DNA from: Tubulanus polymorphus | Taxonomy: Eukaryota; Animalia; Nemertea | Direction of reading: 5' to 3' | Assembly: GCF_964204645.1 (NCBI RefSeq) | Contig: NC_134036.1 | Location: 9,837,859-9,901,858 of the forward strand | Length of the DNA stretch: 64,000 nucleotides | Shown here: positions 30,471 to 44,700 of the stretch, piece after piece | Numbering within the stretch: the first letter of the stretch is position 1 | Layout: each line of letters begins with the position of its first letter | Translations under genes and position numbers: made by a program | Notes under the pieces: model-generated | Database searches by the model: none | What the model was told of the DNA's origin: nothing | What the model saw: the letters and a program-made list of their open reading frames with translations, nothing else

Positions 30471-32966
30471 ATGATCAAAACGTTTATGTGTAAATATTTG
30501 GTACGATTAGAAGACAGTTTTGATGGTGTAATTAGGGTGATAAACACATTCGCTTATGAGTTTGATTATGGCTTGTTATGTGGTGAACAAAATAAACTGA
30601 TTTTATATAAATATGTACATACCTCTTCTAGTTTGTCGAGATTACGAAAAATATTTCGCCACTGTGTGCAGTTGGGTACTCCAGCAGGGGTCCAGGCTTT
30701 GGCTTTTTTGTTGACTTCTTCTAAGAGGGCATCACCTCCCTGATAGTGCCCGTGGTTGTTTAGCCTTGAGTGCGAAAAGCAAGTACCGATGATGGACTTG
30801 ATTTCATGTGGCATTGTTTCGAGAACTAGTGCATTGTTGAACATAATCCAACTGTACTTTGGGTTATTACGAGCGTAGAACATGGGTAGAAACCGTTCAT
30901 ATCCCGCAGTCATAAATTTAGCATTCCCTTTTCTGACTCCTCTTCGAAATAGCATGATTCCGTGTAAAAATGTGTATGTCATTTGCAACATGTAATTATA
31001 ATTTACGTTTTCCATGTTTTCCTGCCACTGCCAAAACATGTCTGCAGTGGGAACAGTGCCATTTTCAACGCACTCGGAGACAAAAGGTAAAAGCAGTTCA
31101 TCCCTCAGTGCAAATTAAGTAATTTCTAGCACACTAAACAGCTTGTGGTGGTCCGATCCCTTTTTGATGAATTCTTTTGCTTTTGCCGATACGAAACCAA
31201 GTTTTGTCACCACCTCCGACATCATTACGTCCCAATTTAATTTGATGAAAGCCTTGCATGCTGCCATTTCTAAATGCAAGAGTCCAGGTAACAAGAGAAT
31301 CCAGTCGAACTCATGCGTCGGTACAATATCATACATGGCTGAACACGGATGTTCCGTGAAATTATTTTCACCGTAAAACGAATTCTTGCATCTATCGCAA
31401 TGCAATACATTCTTAATTAAATGACTTACGATCCAAAATATGGCACCGTCCACTTCTAGGATCAGCCACGAGCGCACGTTCCCGCCATATCGTCGAATCC
31501 CCGCTCGAAAGCCGATGTTACGTATCAGCTCCGCTATACTTTCAAAGCTGTTTGGATTCAACATTTCGGGTTCGCCGGTCACAACAGTTACAGAACGCTC
31601 AATCAGTGGAATGCTAGTCGTAAACTCGTCATTTGGCGAGACTGCGAAATCGAGTTCTTCGACTAACTTTTTGTCTATCGTTAAACGAATGAGTTCGCCA
31701 CCGCAATTCGTGCAGCTTCTCACAGTTGCATCATTTTCCGCTCCACATCCAGAACAACGTCTTGTACTTTCGCTCACGCGTACTGCCTCGGTTAATCGTT
31801 CCACATTGTCCAGTCCTGCTTTAATTTCCGAAAACAACTTTTCAAGTCGAGCAGTAATTACACAATCCTGCGAATATCTGAACTCGTCGCCTGTTTCGTC
31901 AGCGCGATTTTTTATTCGCTCTTTGACGTCATCTTTGACTTCCGAGAAGAGCCAATTTCCAGGTTTCAAGTCTTCCCGCTATTGGATGTCGCATTTCTCA
32001 TCCATTACAATGTATATACTGGACGTTATGACACTAACCGGCGTTTTATTCCCAGCTTTTACAGCATACATTTTTCCGACAACTTGTTCGTTGTCGAACA
32101 CAAATTTAACGAGTCCACGGGGTACCGGTGGCTCGGTATCAGCCTGGCGTTTTATCCATGTATTCATATACGTATATGAGCCACCGCCGGATGCCGAGCG
32201 CAATTGCATTAATGTTTTACTCTGAGACAAGCTAAATGCCACGAGATTTTCGCGAAAAGACGCGGGAAGCACCATCCGAGAGTTAATCTGCGCATATATC
32301 CCCTCGATCATGCGTGTCAAGGTTAAACATTGTTTCGTTGTTGGTTCCCCAGTAAAACCACATAATCCTGAGCATAAACGTAGTCCGGTGGCCTTGCTTC
32401 AAGCCATTTTCGCGGGTTATAATCTCTGAGTTTGTTGATATCTGAACACAATTTCTCTTTGTAGAGTTTTGTACAGTTTTGTACAGTCCTTGGCAATATC
32501 TGTCTCTAGTAATTTAACTGTTTCGGAAACCGGATTAGAGAAAACTTCATCGGTTTGAGGGGAACCTTTTCCTCCGACACTTCGAACTCTCTTCACGCCA
32601 ACACCTTTGTCGAAATACTTAACGCATGTCTCGCATATGAACGAACTTTTTCCGCGAAAATTTTCACTGTCTCTGATCGAATCCGTCACACTTTTTTTCA
32701 ACTTTTTTCCGTCCAATTTTATCAACGCAGCTTCTTCGTTACTGTCGTGGAGAGTGCAGCCACAATATCCGTGCTTACGCTTCGGCATTTTGAAATGAGT
32801 CTAAATATGGCTCTATTGATTTTGAGTGGTTTAACATCATGGGCCACCAATTCATTCAATCACTATCCATCACATGTCCAATTTGCTAGGAGGCATCAAA
32901 GATGTTAATCACCTTCAATTAACAGTCTACTAATATACCAATCAACCCTTCCATGCTTTATTAGAC

Positions 32967-32976
<10 letters not shown>

Positions 32977-33030
<54 letters not shown>
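32977..33030. repeat. (TA)n microsatellite
   Basis: ~27 perfect TA units preceded by (CA)n. Confidence 0.95.
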
Positions 33031-33035
<5 letters not shown>

Positions 33036-36000
33036 ACATTACCCGAGATACGCGCCTGCATCTTAAAACCGACATAGGGGGTTTTGATTTGAGGCCCAGT
33101 TATGCGTCGTATACATATATATACATATATGACGCATTCTCGAATATGACCCATTTCAAAATGGCGCAAGGATATCACTATCACTGACGCGGAGGGCTAT
33201 ACTTGAAGATCGCATCAGTATTCATTTCCGACAAGATTTAACAGAAATTAGCCAAAATTCAGTACAATGATAATATTAAATTATTTTTTCATTTTACTAC
33301 ATTACAAAATTATTTTCACAATCAAAATATGTTTTATTTATCGGTTTTATGTGTTTTTAAAGAAGACTTCGAGATTTTCGTGGTGGTTTAAATTGAGGGC
33401 CCGACTGTCTCTGTGATCAGTGAAGCAAGGGCTTTATGCTTGACATTCACGGTCTTGTTAGTTAACCGAAGTAATAGTAGACATTTCCGATTGAATCACA
33501 CGTAGACGTAGCGCATTCGTCTAGATAATATTGGCTTGTGCGATAAGTGATGTTGTAACATATTCAACGAAAACATTCTACATGATCTACTCAAAAGAAG
33601 ACTTCAATCCATTCGGAATACGCAGATGTACCAGCATACACGTGAAAACGAATACGAAAGAAAGTATGATAATTATTTCTGCACTTCGATTTCATAGACA
33701 TGGACATCTTTTATGTACTTGCATTTCCGATTTCAAAATTCAAATCCCTTGTTTATCTTCTGGCGTGTAGTGGATATCAAAAGGGATGCAGCCAATACAT
33801 GAACCACCTGTTCTATTTCATATTTTCAGCTTCATGATATTTTGATCTTAAAATGGGGATTCATCCTGTTATTCATTTGATTGGTAGATATCATTTGATT
33901 TGTTGGATTTGGTGTCCCTTACAAACCTACCAAGGTTTGATTTTGATATCGGTTGTTGTGTGATTGTGTCGGGCAATTTTGAGATTGAAAGTTGATTAAC
34001 TATATATTTATCTCACGCCTATACGGCCTACCAAGGTTGAACTCAAGCGTTAGTCGAAAACTCACGCCCCCATGTACTTTACGGTAAATGATCGCAAAAA
34101 AGTTCCGTCATGTTTGGAAACAGGTATCATTTCTAGCCTAAAATAAGACATGAATCATAAAATGTGGCCAACATGTGGTGTACTGCAGAATAGCATGATT
34201 ATTGCTTCTTTTGCTCTACATATTCCTTATAACAAATGTTCTTCTAGTAAAACAATACAACTAAAACAGGTATGCAGATCTTCCTGCTCAATTATAATTG
34301 TTCACAGACCTAAGTTTGTCCATTTGAAAAAAAAATATAGAATATTTATGCTTAAATTGAATATCTTCAAAAGCGAAAATCCATTGATGATTATAGGACT
34401 CCTGAACTGACCCACAGTCAAGTATATATGTATATATATATATTTAAATATATATATGAGCTCGAATAATATACAGAAATCATGTCAGTTCACTCAAGGT
34501 GAATACCGGTATACACAATGATTCCTAGAACATAATTATCCATTTGAGTGCAACACTTTTTCACAAGAATTTCTCCAAAAATTAAAGAAAATCCATTTGG
34601 GTAAAAAAACCAATGGCTCCTAGTATATAATGACGCACGGAAACATATCTGTTCATGCTCAAAAATGTATAAATAGGTAGATCTATCCTCAGAACCGGAA
34701 TCTCTCGTCGAAGTTAACTGAAAAACAAGTTTGAGACCTAACTGTTCGCCAATATACAACTTCTAATTATAATAATTAATGGGTCCTTAGGTAGAGTAAG
34801 TATAACTCGATCAGCGATAGATTCATAAAGGAATTTCTTTACGGTAGGAAATGAAAATGTTCTATGAGAGCCAGCGTCGTTTATCTATCACGTGATCTAA
34901 CACGTGTCTTATCACTTGTTGAACTCCGCCCACTGAGTAACCTCGTGGCGATTAAGTCCGTCTGAGTTTCCTAGACGCATACGTTTTATTTCAATCGTGG
35001 CAGTTAGAATTGTGGTCCTCGATCATTCGTTTATACACAGGCTAATAGTTCTAATCCTTTCCTAATTAAGGATTCGAATCCAATCGCGTTGACATACAGT
35101 TCTTGGTTTTCGTGGCGCAACTACTTTGCCCGGTCGATCATCCATTCAAGAGATGTCTGCCATCTGACATCGATTATGATGTGGCTTTTATTCATATTGG
35201 CTGTAACGGCAAACCTAGTTCTGTGTTTTATTCTCACGGAGCAAGGGGTATCATAAATGTATGTTTGTTTTAAGTTTGTGAAAGGCCGATTTACATATAA
35301 ATTTCATTCTAAAAAAAGTACAATTGGATAATAATAATCGGCCATAATCCATCACAATAACGACGGATCGTTCTGAGCAGGTATATTAGGTATTTGATCA
35401 ACCTGAACTAAAGTCTGATTTCCCGCAGATGCAATTTACCGACAAAATCGGCAATCCCCAAGGATGGTGTTAAATCGATGTATGACTGTATGTTAATTTG
35501 ATATGAGTATATAATAAATGACTCTCACAATCAAATGACTCGTTGTATAACTAATATGTATATACATACATTTTTACCCCAACGTCAGCCAATTTTGAAA
35601 TGAATATCTTATTATTCAAAGCCTATTCAAGATGAGTATATCAAATAACTGATCACATAGGATGACTCGTGATCTAGTATGAGTACACTAAATAAGTACA
35701 CTTAACTCGTACTACACTGACTCCTAACATTGAATTACACGTTGTATATGTAACAGGCCTACTTATACATATTTTCCCCAAAAACCAACATAAACCTAAT
35801 TGGATTGAGTATATAACGTATAAAACGACTCAGGATCACTCGTCGTATATCTGCTACATATATTTCTCCCATATTCATCATTGGCAAACTTGACCCACGT
35901 TCATCCATGGATGTATAAACTAGCGGGGTCGACCTTTACGCTCAGCAAACGGAAAAACAAGGTATCACCTTTTTAGCCCAAGGTGAGCCAATTGATGAGT

Positions 36001-38799
36001 AGATTTAATGAATCTGCGCACAGGGTATACCTACTATATATAAATCTCCCCGAGCCCGCGTCAGTCTATTTGAAATGTATCTATATCAATTTGAAGTGTC
36101 TATATCTAAACTATAAGAGACAAACAGCGAAACATTGTCACGGGTTGACGTCGTCTGTGCGCTTTGGTTGGTGAAGGACCGGTGTTAAAATATCCATGAA
36201 ATACCCGACAATGTGTTATCCAGTTTCTCCCGTCCAGTACAGGGGTTCACAAAATATCTTAGGAAAATGGACTCAAATGTTTTTCCAATAAATTACTTCG
36301 ATTTAAAAGAAACATAAAAAGTAAATTCATCCAAATCAAGTGAAATCTTCAAATCAAATAAATGGGACCATATTTTATAGCAAAATAATCAACTTAACTC
36401 AATCATGATATAACACAGGACGGGTACATAGCTTGGCCGCGTGTATGTCTAGGGTAGCATTTTGCCGATACGATAATAGATATATTTATTGACCGTATAA
36501 AATGACTGCGTTTTGTCACTACGCGCAAGCTGATTAAAAAACATTTACAGAAAGATTTGGTGAGCGTCGGCTGTTGCTTGGTTACAGTATAGTGTGCTTG
36601 ACCAGACACAGGGTGGTGACCCAAAGTCACCTCGTGCCAGTCACACAGACCAGGACTGAAATTGGTAAATCTCCGACCGCTTGGTTTAAACAGTGATTTT
36701 ATTATCTACACATTACTATATATAATATAATAGATAAAATGATAAAGTATGGTATTTGGCGGGCAACGAAAGACCAATGAGATTACTAGAATGAAATGTA
36801 CATACTCATATGTAGTATGAGTATGACTCTTTGCAATATGTCTGGCCAGCACAAGCTCGCAATATCAGATAAATATGGTATATCACGAGAGTATGCGCGA
36901 CACTGACTAAGAATATAATGGGGATTGCTGTATCTATCTTCGCACTGTTGAAATGAGTATTAAATGACTCCTAGCATAGATATACTCCTTGTATTTTACT
37001 TTAAATTGTGGCTAACACGTATCGTCAGCCAATTTAAGGCATATTAAATGGCTTATAGTTTAGAATGACTCTACCCCAGCGTATTTGGTATGAGTACCGG
37101 TATTTAAGATGGGTAGGATAGGACGACCCATATAGTTCATACATATTTTCTCCAACCAACGTCAGCCTGATGGAATCTTCTCAAACATATATTGGTAGTT
37201 TCGCTTATGTCACCTGCATCATTCGCTTGAAATCTTTGTCGGATACTGGAGATTGAGGGTCTCGGATAAGCTCCTTAATAACACATGGTAGTGGGGCCTT
37301 AAGTACGGTAACGTCCATAGTATGTTGCCAGAAGTCAGTCAATCCTTGCTATACATGCTCATGCTTTACGCTGCTATCAAGTTGAGTATTGGTAGGGAGT
37401 GGATAAACTTTGGGATAGATCTGCACACATCCTTTAGGAAATCCTTCTACACTGCCTGATGCTTCATTTTAAAATTATTGATCGATAAAACTATTAGACT
37501 TATATCACGAGTTATGGTGGAAACAGCATGTTTATTTTTATTTATATATAATTAAGTGTACATGTCTTCAAGTACAATTAGAAAAAATATTTTCAATTAC
37601 AAACATAATATGTGATCGTGTGACTGGTGCAACTTGGTGATGGTGCTTTGTTCGATACTCATTGAAAATTCCAACCTATGACCTCATATTTCGCGAGCAT
37701 ATGAGATCCTTCGATTACCATTTGTCTTAAAATCTTACCGTTCAGAGTATGCATACAGAAGCTAGTTATATTTATTTAACTTTGCCAAACACATAAGTCA
37801 GAGTGGAGTCAGTAACTCAAATGTTCGATAAAGATAAATGGCAGACAGATACCGTAGTAACAATGAACTTTCAATTGTTACCGTGTCAACTATCTACTGG
37901 TTTGCCCTAACCAACTTTTGATTAACTGACCCCAGATTACAAAGTACATTAATTCTGATTATATATTTTAAACACATTACACAGGTGGTCCAACTTAACC
38001 CTTGTGATAATCTATAAAATATTATTAACCATAATCTCTTAACTTCTTCAGAATTACAGAGCAAATAGCAGAATAAACATTACAGTCATAATTTCCGCAA
38101 TAATAAATGGGTTCAAGTCTTTGTGTAAGTGTATTCATCCAAAAGAGATACATTCATGAAAGGTATATAATATGAAAAACAAGGGGTCCAGACACTGCCC
38201 AATCAAGAAGATTCCAATTGCAATCTGACAATTTTATATGCAACACCCCAGATGAACATACACTGAACTAATCTTTTGCCACTGTAAACCACCAAACATT
38301 TAACACAATATGGTAAAATTGTTTAACCGCAAAACAACTAAACATTAAAGGAATTATGAATGAACAATCTTAAAGTGAGTAAATTAGCTATATGACATAA
38401 TCACAACATGATCAACAGTCCGAGTGTATCAAAACAAATGACATTCTGCATGATAATGGACAACATTCTAAAGGTTGTGTAAACAGAATAGAAGTTGGAC
38501 AAAGTAGCCTCTGCTCGATATAATTTCAAAAAGGTCCATAAAACGCGTTTCTTCGGTTTTGCTCCATCACTTCTTCCCTAGAAAAAAATATGATAATTTC
38601 AAATATGAGTATGACAAAATGAAGCCCATTCAATTTTAATACGCATTGTACTTTTCCAAAGAAAAACAATTTTCTGATGTAGCAGCACACATCTGGGAGT
38701 CGTATTCAAATGTTTCGATATCGGCAATAATTGAAGGAATGAACAACAATATGTTGATTTTAGGGATTATCAGGATGATCACCATGTGAATCATTCAAT

Positions 38800-41700
38800 A
38801 GTACGGGTCATTTTCATGTACTCCTCCCAAATGTACAACTCAAATAGACTGAGGTTGTAATTTAAGAAATTAAACTTATATAGGAATACTGTATATATTG
38901 AGAATAATTCTATAGTAAGGGTCATTTTATACACTCATTTCAAATGGAATGAATTTGGTTTATGGAAAGTAATACACGTAAAAACTAAACCGTGAAGTAG
39001 GGATCAGTTCTATAGTAAGGGTCATTTTTATATGTTTTATATACTACGTGAAGTAGGGGTCAGTTGATTAATAATCATCTCAAAAGGACTGACTTGGTTT
39101 TAAATAGTAATATTCATGTAGAAATACTACACTTGGAATTATTTTATAGTAGGGGTCATTTTTATTACAATGTTTACTCATACCAACTTTGGTTTTTGAA
39201 GAGTAATATTTCTATAGGAATACTTTACTGCCAGTCGTTCTACATTAAGGTACATAATTTATATAGAAATATTGTGAATCATTATACGGAAGGGTTTATG
39301 TGTAGAAACAAAAGCCAGTGAATATTACCATTTTGTGACTTAAAATCACCAGCTTAGCCCAGGCTCATGATAGCTGGTGAATCGGTGACAATCTTCTGGT
39401 CAAAAATGGGAAGTAGTACGTAAATGGTCAATATCCAATTGGTAAATAAAATGAGGGCTCAATAAGGATACTGTAATGACTTACCAATTTCTTTACTGAC
39501 ACTTTTTACTTCAAATTTACATCTCGAAAATAAAGGCAAATCCTTAGTCCAAACTATTCGTTTCGATCTCCTCCTTGATGTTCACTTTAAAAATAACCAA
39601 ATTACAGATTAGGCACAGGCCTAAATGATAAGAATTTACAAAGAAAATAACAAAATTGCATAGACTGGGGCATCAATGTCCTAAATGTGTTGACTGAATT
39701 TGCTGCTTGAAGATCCCTATTTATACAGAAATACTATATTTACATTTATTCTATACAAGGTGTCACCTTTATGTGCTCATCACAAACAGACTGACTTAGG
39801 TATTTTAAGATACCATGGCACGCTTTATTGTGAATTATTCTAGACGGAGGTTGTTTTTCTGCAATCATCTCCTTTGAGATGACTCTGGTTCTCGAAGATT
39901 AATGTTTAACACTATTCTCTGGATCATATTATTCTAAGGGTCATTTTTATATAATCATCTGGATTAAACTGACTGTGGTTTTTGGAAATAACATATATTG
40001 AGAATGACTATTCTGCGAGTCATTCCACACAATGTGTCATTGCATATTCTTCTCAAATAAAGTGACCCCGGTTATGGTAATTAATTTTTGCACACTTGAC
40101 TGAGATTCAATCTATCGTAGGAGCCATTTTTATACTCATCTGAAATAGACTGACTTTGATTTTGAAGATAAATATTTATACACTATTCTGAAATTAATTC
40201 TATGGTAGGACACATCCTTATACTTATCTCAAATAGACTGACTTTGGTTTTTGGTGATTAATATTCGCACACTTTACTGAGATTCAATCTACAGGAGGAG
40301 TAGTTTTTATATTCATCTCAAATAGACTGTTTTCTTTAAAGGTTGTAACTTATACACTATAGGCCTAATTGAATTCATTCTATGGAAGGACACATTCTTA
40401 TACAACTTATCTTCTTATACTATCTCAAATAGGTCTAGATTGACTTTGGTTTTTGATGATCAATATTTATACACTACAGCTACAGTTTATCTCAAATAGA
40501 CTGGTTTTTGGATTAATATTTATACAGTAATACTGTATAGTATTTTTCATACTGTATGAAAAAGACTTAGGAGTCGTTTTAACACTTATCACAAACAAAC
40601 TGACTTAGGTATTTGAAGATACCATGGCACGCTTTATTGTGAATTATTCTAGAAGGAGGTTGTTTTTCTGCAATCATCTCCTTTGAGATGACTGGTTCTC
40701 GAAGATTTATGTTTAACACTATTCTCTGGATCATATTATTCTAAGGGTCATTTTTTTATATAATCATCTCAATTGAACTGAGGTTTTTGGTAATCAATAT
40801 TCACACACTTTACTGAGATTCAATCAATAATTGAATTCATTCTATGCTAGGACACATTCTCATACATATCTCAAATAGGTCTAGATTGACTTCGGTTTTT
40901 GATGATTGATACTTATACAGCATGAAAAAGACTTAATCGATAGGAGTCGTTTTTACATTTATCTCAAATAGACTGACTTTGGTTCTAAAGATAAATATTT
41001 ATACACAATACTGAAATTAATTAATTCTATGATTGGACACATTCTTATACTAATCTCAAATAGACTGTTTCTTTAAAGATTATAACTTATACACTATAAT
41101 TGAATCCATTCCATGGTAGGACACATTCTTATACTTATCTTATATAGGCCTAAATTGACTTTGGCTTTAGATAATTAATATTTATACACTATAAAAAAGA
41201 CTTAATCCATAGTAGGAGTCGTTTCTATACTCAACTCAAATAAACTGACTTTTGTTTTTGATGATTAATATTTATACACAATAAAAAGGCTTAATCGATA
41301 GTAGTAGTCATTTCTATACTCATCTCAAATAAACTGATTTTTGTTTTTGATAACTTATATTTATACACTTTTAAAAAGACTTATAGAAGTAGTCACTTCT
41401 ATAATCATCTCAAATAAACTGACTGGTTATTGATAAATAACGTTTATACACTATAAAAATGGCTTAATGTATAGTAGGAGTCATTTCTATACTCATCTCA
41501 AATAAACTGACCGTTGGTTTTTGATAACTGATATTTATACACTATAAAAAAGCTCAATCTATAATAGGAGTCGTTTCTATACTCATCTCACATAGACTGA
41601 TTTTCATTTTTGATGACTTAGGCCTAAAGTTATACACTATAAAAAGCTTAATCTATAGTAGGAGTTGTTTCTATACTCATGTCGAATACGCTGATTTGGT

Positions 41701-44700
41701 TTTTTATTACAAATAGTTATACACTATAATAAGGCTTAATCTATAGTTGGAGTTGTTTCTATACTCATCTGAAATAAACTGACTTTAGTTTTTGATGACT
41801 AATAGACACAATAAAGAGGCTTAATCTATAATAGTAGTTGTTTCTATACTCATCTTAAATAAACTGACTGTTGGTTTTTGATAATCCATATTCAACACTA
41901 TAATCAAGCTTAATCTATAGTAGGAAATGTTTCCATACTCATCTGAAATAAACTGTCTTTGGTTTTTGATAATTAGTATTCATTAACTATACAAAAGACT
42001 TAATCTATGGAAGCAGTCGTTTCTATACTTATCTCAAATAAACTGACTGTTGGTTTTTTGATGTCTAATAGACACAATAAAGAGGCTTAATCTATAGGAG
42101 TAGTTGTTTCTATTATCATCTCAAATAAACTGACTTGGTTTTCAATAATTAATATTTATATGCTATAAAAAAGCTTAATCTATAGAAAGAAGCGTTCCTA
42201 TACTCATGTCAAATACACTGATTTGGTTATTGATGACAAATAGTTATACTCTATAAAAAGGCTTAATCTATTGAAGAAGTTGTTTCTATACATATCTCAA
42301 ATAAACTGACTGCTGGTTTTGATAACTAATACTTATTCACTATAAAAATGCTTAATCTATAGTAGGAGTCATTTCTATTCTCATCTCAAATAGACTGATT
42401 TTGGTTTTTGATAATTAATACTTATACACTATTAAAAGACTTAATCTATAGTAGGAGTTGTTTCTATACTCATCTCAAATATACTGACTATGGCTTTTAT
42501 AATTAATACTTATAGACTATAAAAAGGCTACTGGTTTTGATAACTAATATTTATACACTTAAAGCTTAATCTATAGTAAGAGTCGTTCCTATACTCATCT
42601 CAAATTGACTGATTTAGGTTTTTGATAATTAATACTTATACACCATAAAAAGGCTTAATCTATAGAAGAAATTGTTTCTATACTCATCACAAATAAACTG
42701 ACTTTAGTTTTTGATGACTAATAGACACAATGAAAAAGCTTACATCTCAAATAAACTAACTGTTGGTTTTCGAAAAATTAATATTTATACACTATCAAAA
42801 ATGCTTAATCTATAGAAAGAGTCATTCCTATACTCTTGTAAAATACACGGATTTGGTTTCTATGACACACAGTTATACACTATAAAAAGGCTTAATCTAT
42901 AGTACAAGTTGTTTCTATACATATCTCAAATAAACTGACTGCTGGTTTTGATAACTAATATTTATACACTATAAAAAGGCTTAACCTATAGTAGGAGTCA
43001 TTTCTATTCTCATCTCAAATAGACTGATTTTGGTTTTTGATAATTAATACTTATACACATTAAAAGACTTAATCTATAATAGGAGTTGTTTCTATACTCA
43101 TCTCAAATAAACTGACTATGGCTTTTTATAATTAATACTTATACACTATAAAAAGGCTTAATCTATAGTAGGAGTTGTTTCTATACATATCTCAAATAAA
43201 CTGACTACTGGTTTTGATAACTAATATTTATACACTTTAAAAAAGCTTAATCTATAGTAAGAGTCGTTTCTATACTCATCTCAAATTGACTGATTTAGGT
43301 TTTTGATAATTAATACTTATACCCCATAAAAAGAATTAATCTATAGTAGGAGTTGTTTCTATACTCATCTTAAATAAACTGACTGTTGGTTTTTGATAAT
43401 TAATATTCATCACTATAATCAAGCTTAATCTATAGAAGAAGTTGTTTCTATACTCATCACAAATAAACTGACTTAAGTTTATGATGACTAATAGACACAA
43501 TGAAAAAGCTTACATCTCAAATAAACTGACTGTTGGTTTTCGAAAATTAATATTTATACACTATAAAAAGCTTAATCTATAGAAAGAGTCATTCCTATAC
43601 TCATGTAAAATACACGGATTTGGTTTTTGATGACAAACAGTTATACACTATAAAAAGGCTTAATCTATAGTAGAAGTTGTTTCTATACATATCTCAAATA
43701 AACTGACTGCTGGTTTTGATAACTAATATCTATACACTATAAAAAAGCTTAATCTATAGTGGGAGTCATTTCTATTCTCATCTCAAATAGACTGATTTTG
43801 GTTTTTGATAATTAATACTTATACACATTAAAAGACTTAATCTATAGTAGGAGTTGTTTCTATACTCATCTCAAATAAACTGACTATGGCTTTTTATAAT
43901 TAATACTTATACACTTTAAAAAGGCTTAATCTATAGTAGGAGTTGTTTCTATACATATCTCAAATAAACTGACTACTGGTTTTGATAACTAATATTTATA
44001 CACTTTAAAAAAGCTTAATCTATAGCAGGAGTCGTTTCTATACTCATCTCAAATTGACTGATTTAGGTTTTTGATAATTAATACTTATACACCATAAAAA
44101 GGCTTAATCTATAGAAGAAATTGTTTCTATACTCATCACAAATAAACTGACTTTAGTTTATGATGACTAATAGACACAATGAAAAAGCTTACATCTCAAA
44201 TAAACTGACTGTTGGTTTTTCGAAAATTAATATTTATACACTATAAAAAAAGCTTAATCTATAGAAAGAGTCATTCCTATACTCATGTAAAATACACGGA
44301 TTTGGTTTTTGATGACAAACTGTTATACACTATAAAAAGGCTTAATCTATAGTAGAAGTTGTTTCAATGCATATCTCAAATAAACTGACTGCTGGTTTTG
44401 ATAACTAATATTTATACACTATAAAAAAGCTTAATCTATAGTAGGAGTCATTTCTATTCTCATCTCAAATAGACTGATTTTGGTTTTTTATAATTAATAC
44501 TTATACACCATAAAAATACTTAATCCATAGTAGGAGTTGTTTCTATACTCATCTTAAATATACTGACTATGGCTTTTTATAATTAATACTTATACACTAT
44601 TAAAAAGGCTTTATCTATAGTAGGAGTTGTTTCTATACATATCTCAAATTAACTGACTGCTGGTTTTGATAACTAATATTTATACATTATATAAAAGCTT

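Larger units (their letters stand above)
28997..32788 (-). mobile_element. Large DDE transposase pseudogene, Academ-like (exons 32788-30623 and 29536-28997)
   Basis: N-terminal C/H finger, VFDNEQ (D1), Zn-ribbon CSGC..CTNC, LEVDG (D2), PGLLHLEM, RKGN..NNPKY, QGGDALLEEVNK (E). In-frame stops at 31979 and 31115, frameshifts near 32390-32440, intron gtatgt...tttgaag. Superfamily assigned from motif recall. Confidence 0.7.

Noticed and set aside
31440-32225. 261-aa plus-strand ORF (also 31143, 31982, 32555, 32607)
   Set aside because: Antisense shadows of the transposase with no recognisable motifs.
33030-38800. Short ORFs in the intergenic zone
   Set aside because: All are under 90 aa with no motifs or consistent exon chain.
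39064-39321. ORFs at 39064 and 53323
   Set aside because: They lie in degenerate satellite/spacer sequence, start and stop are not conserved between copies, and they show no protein features.
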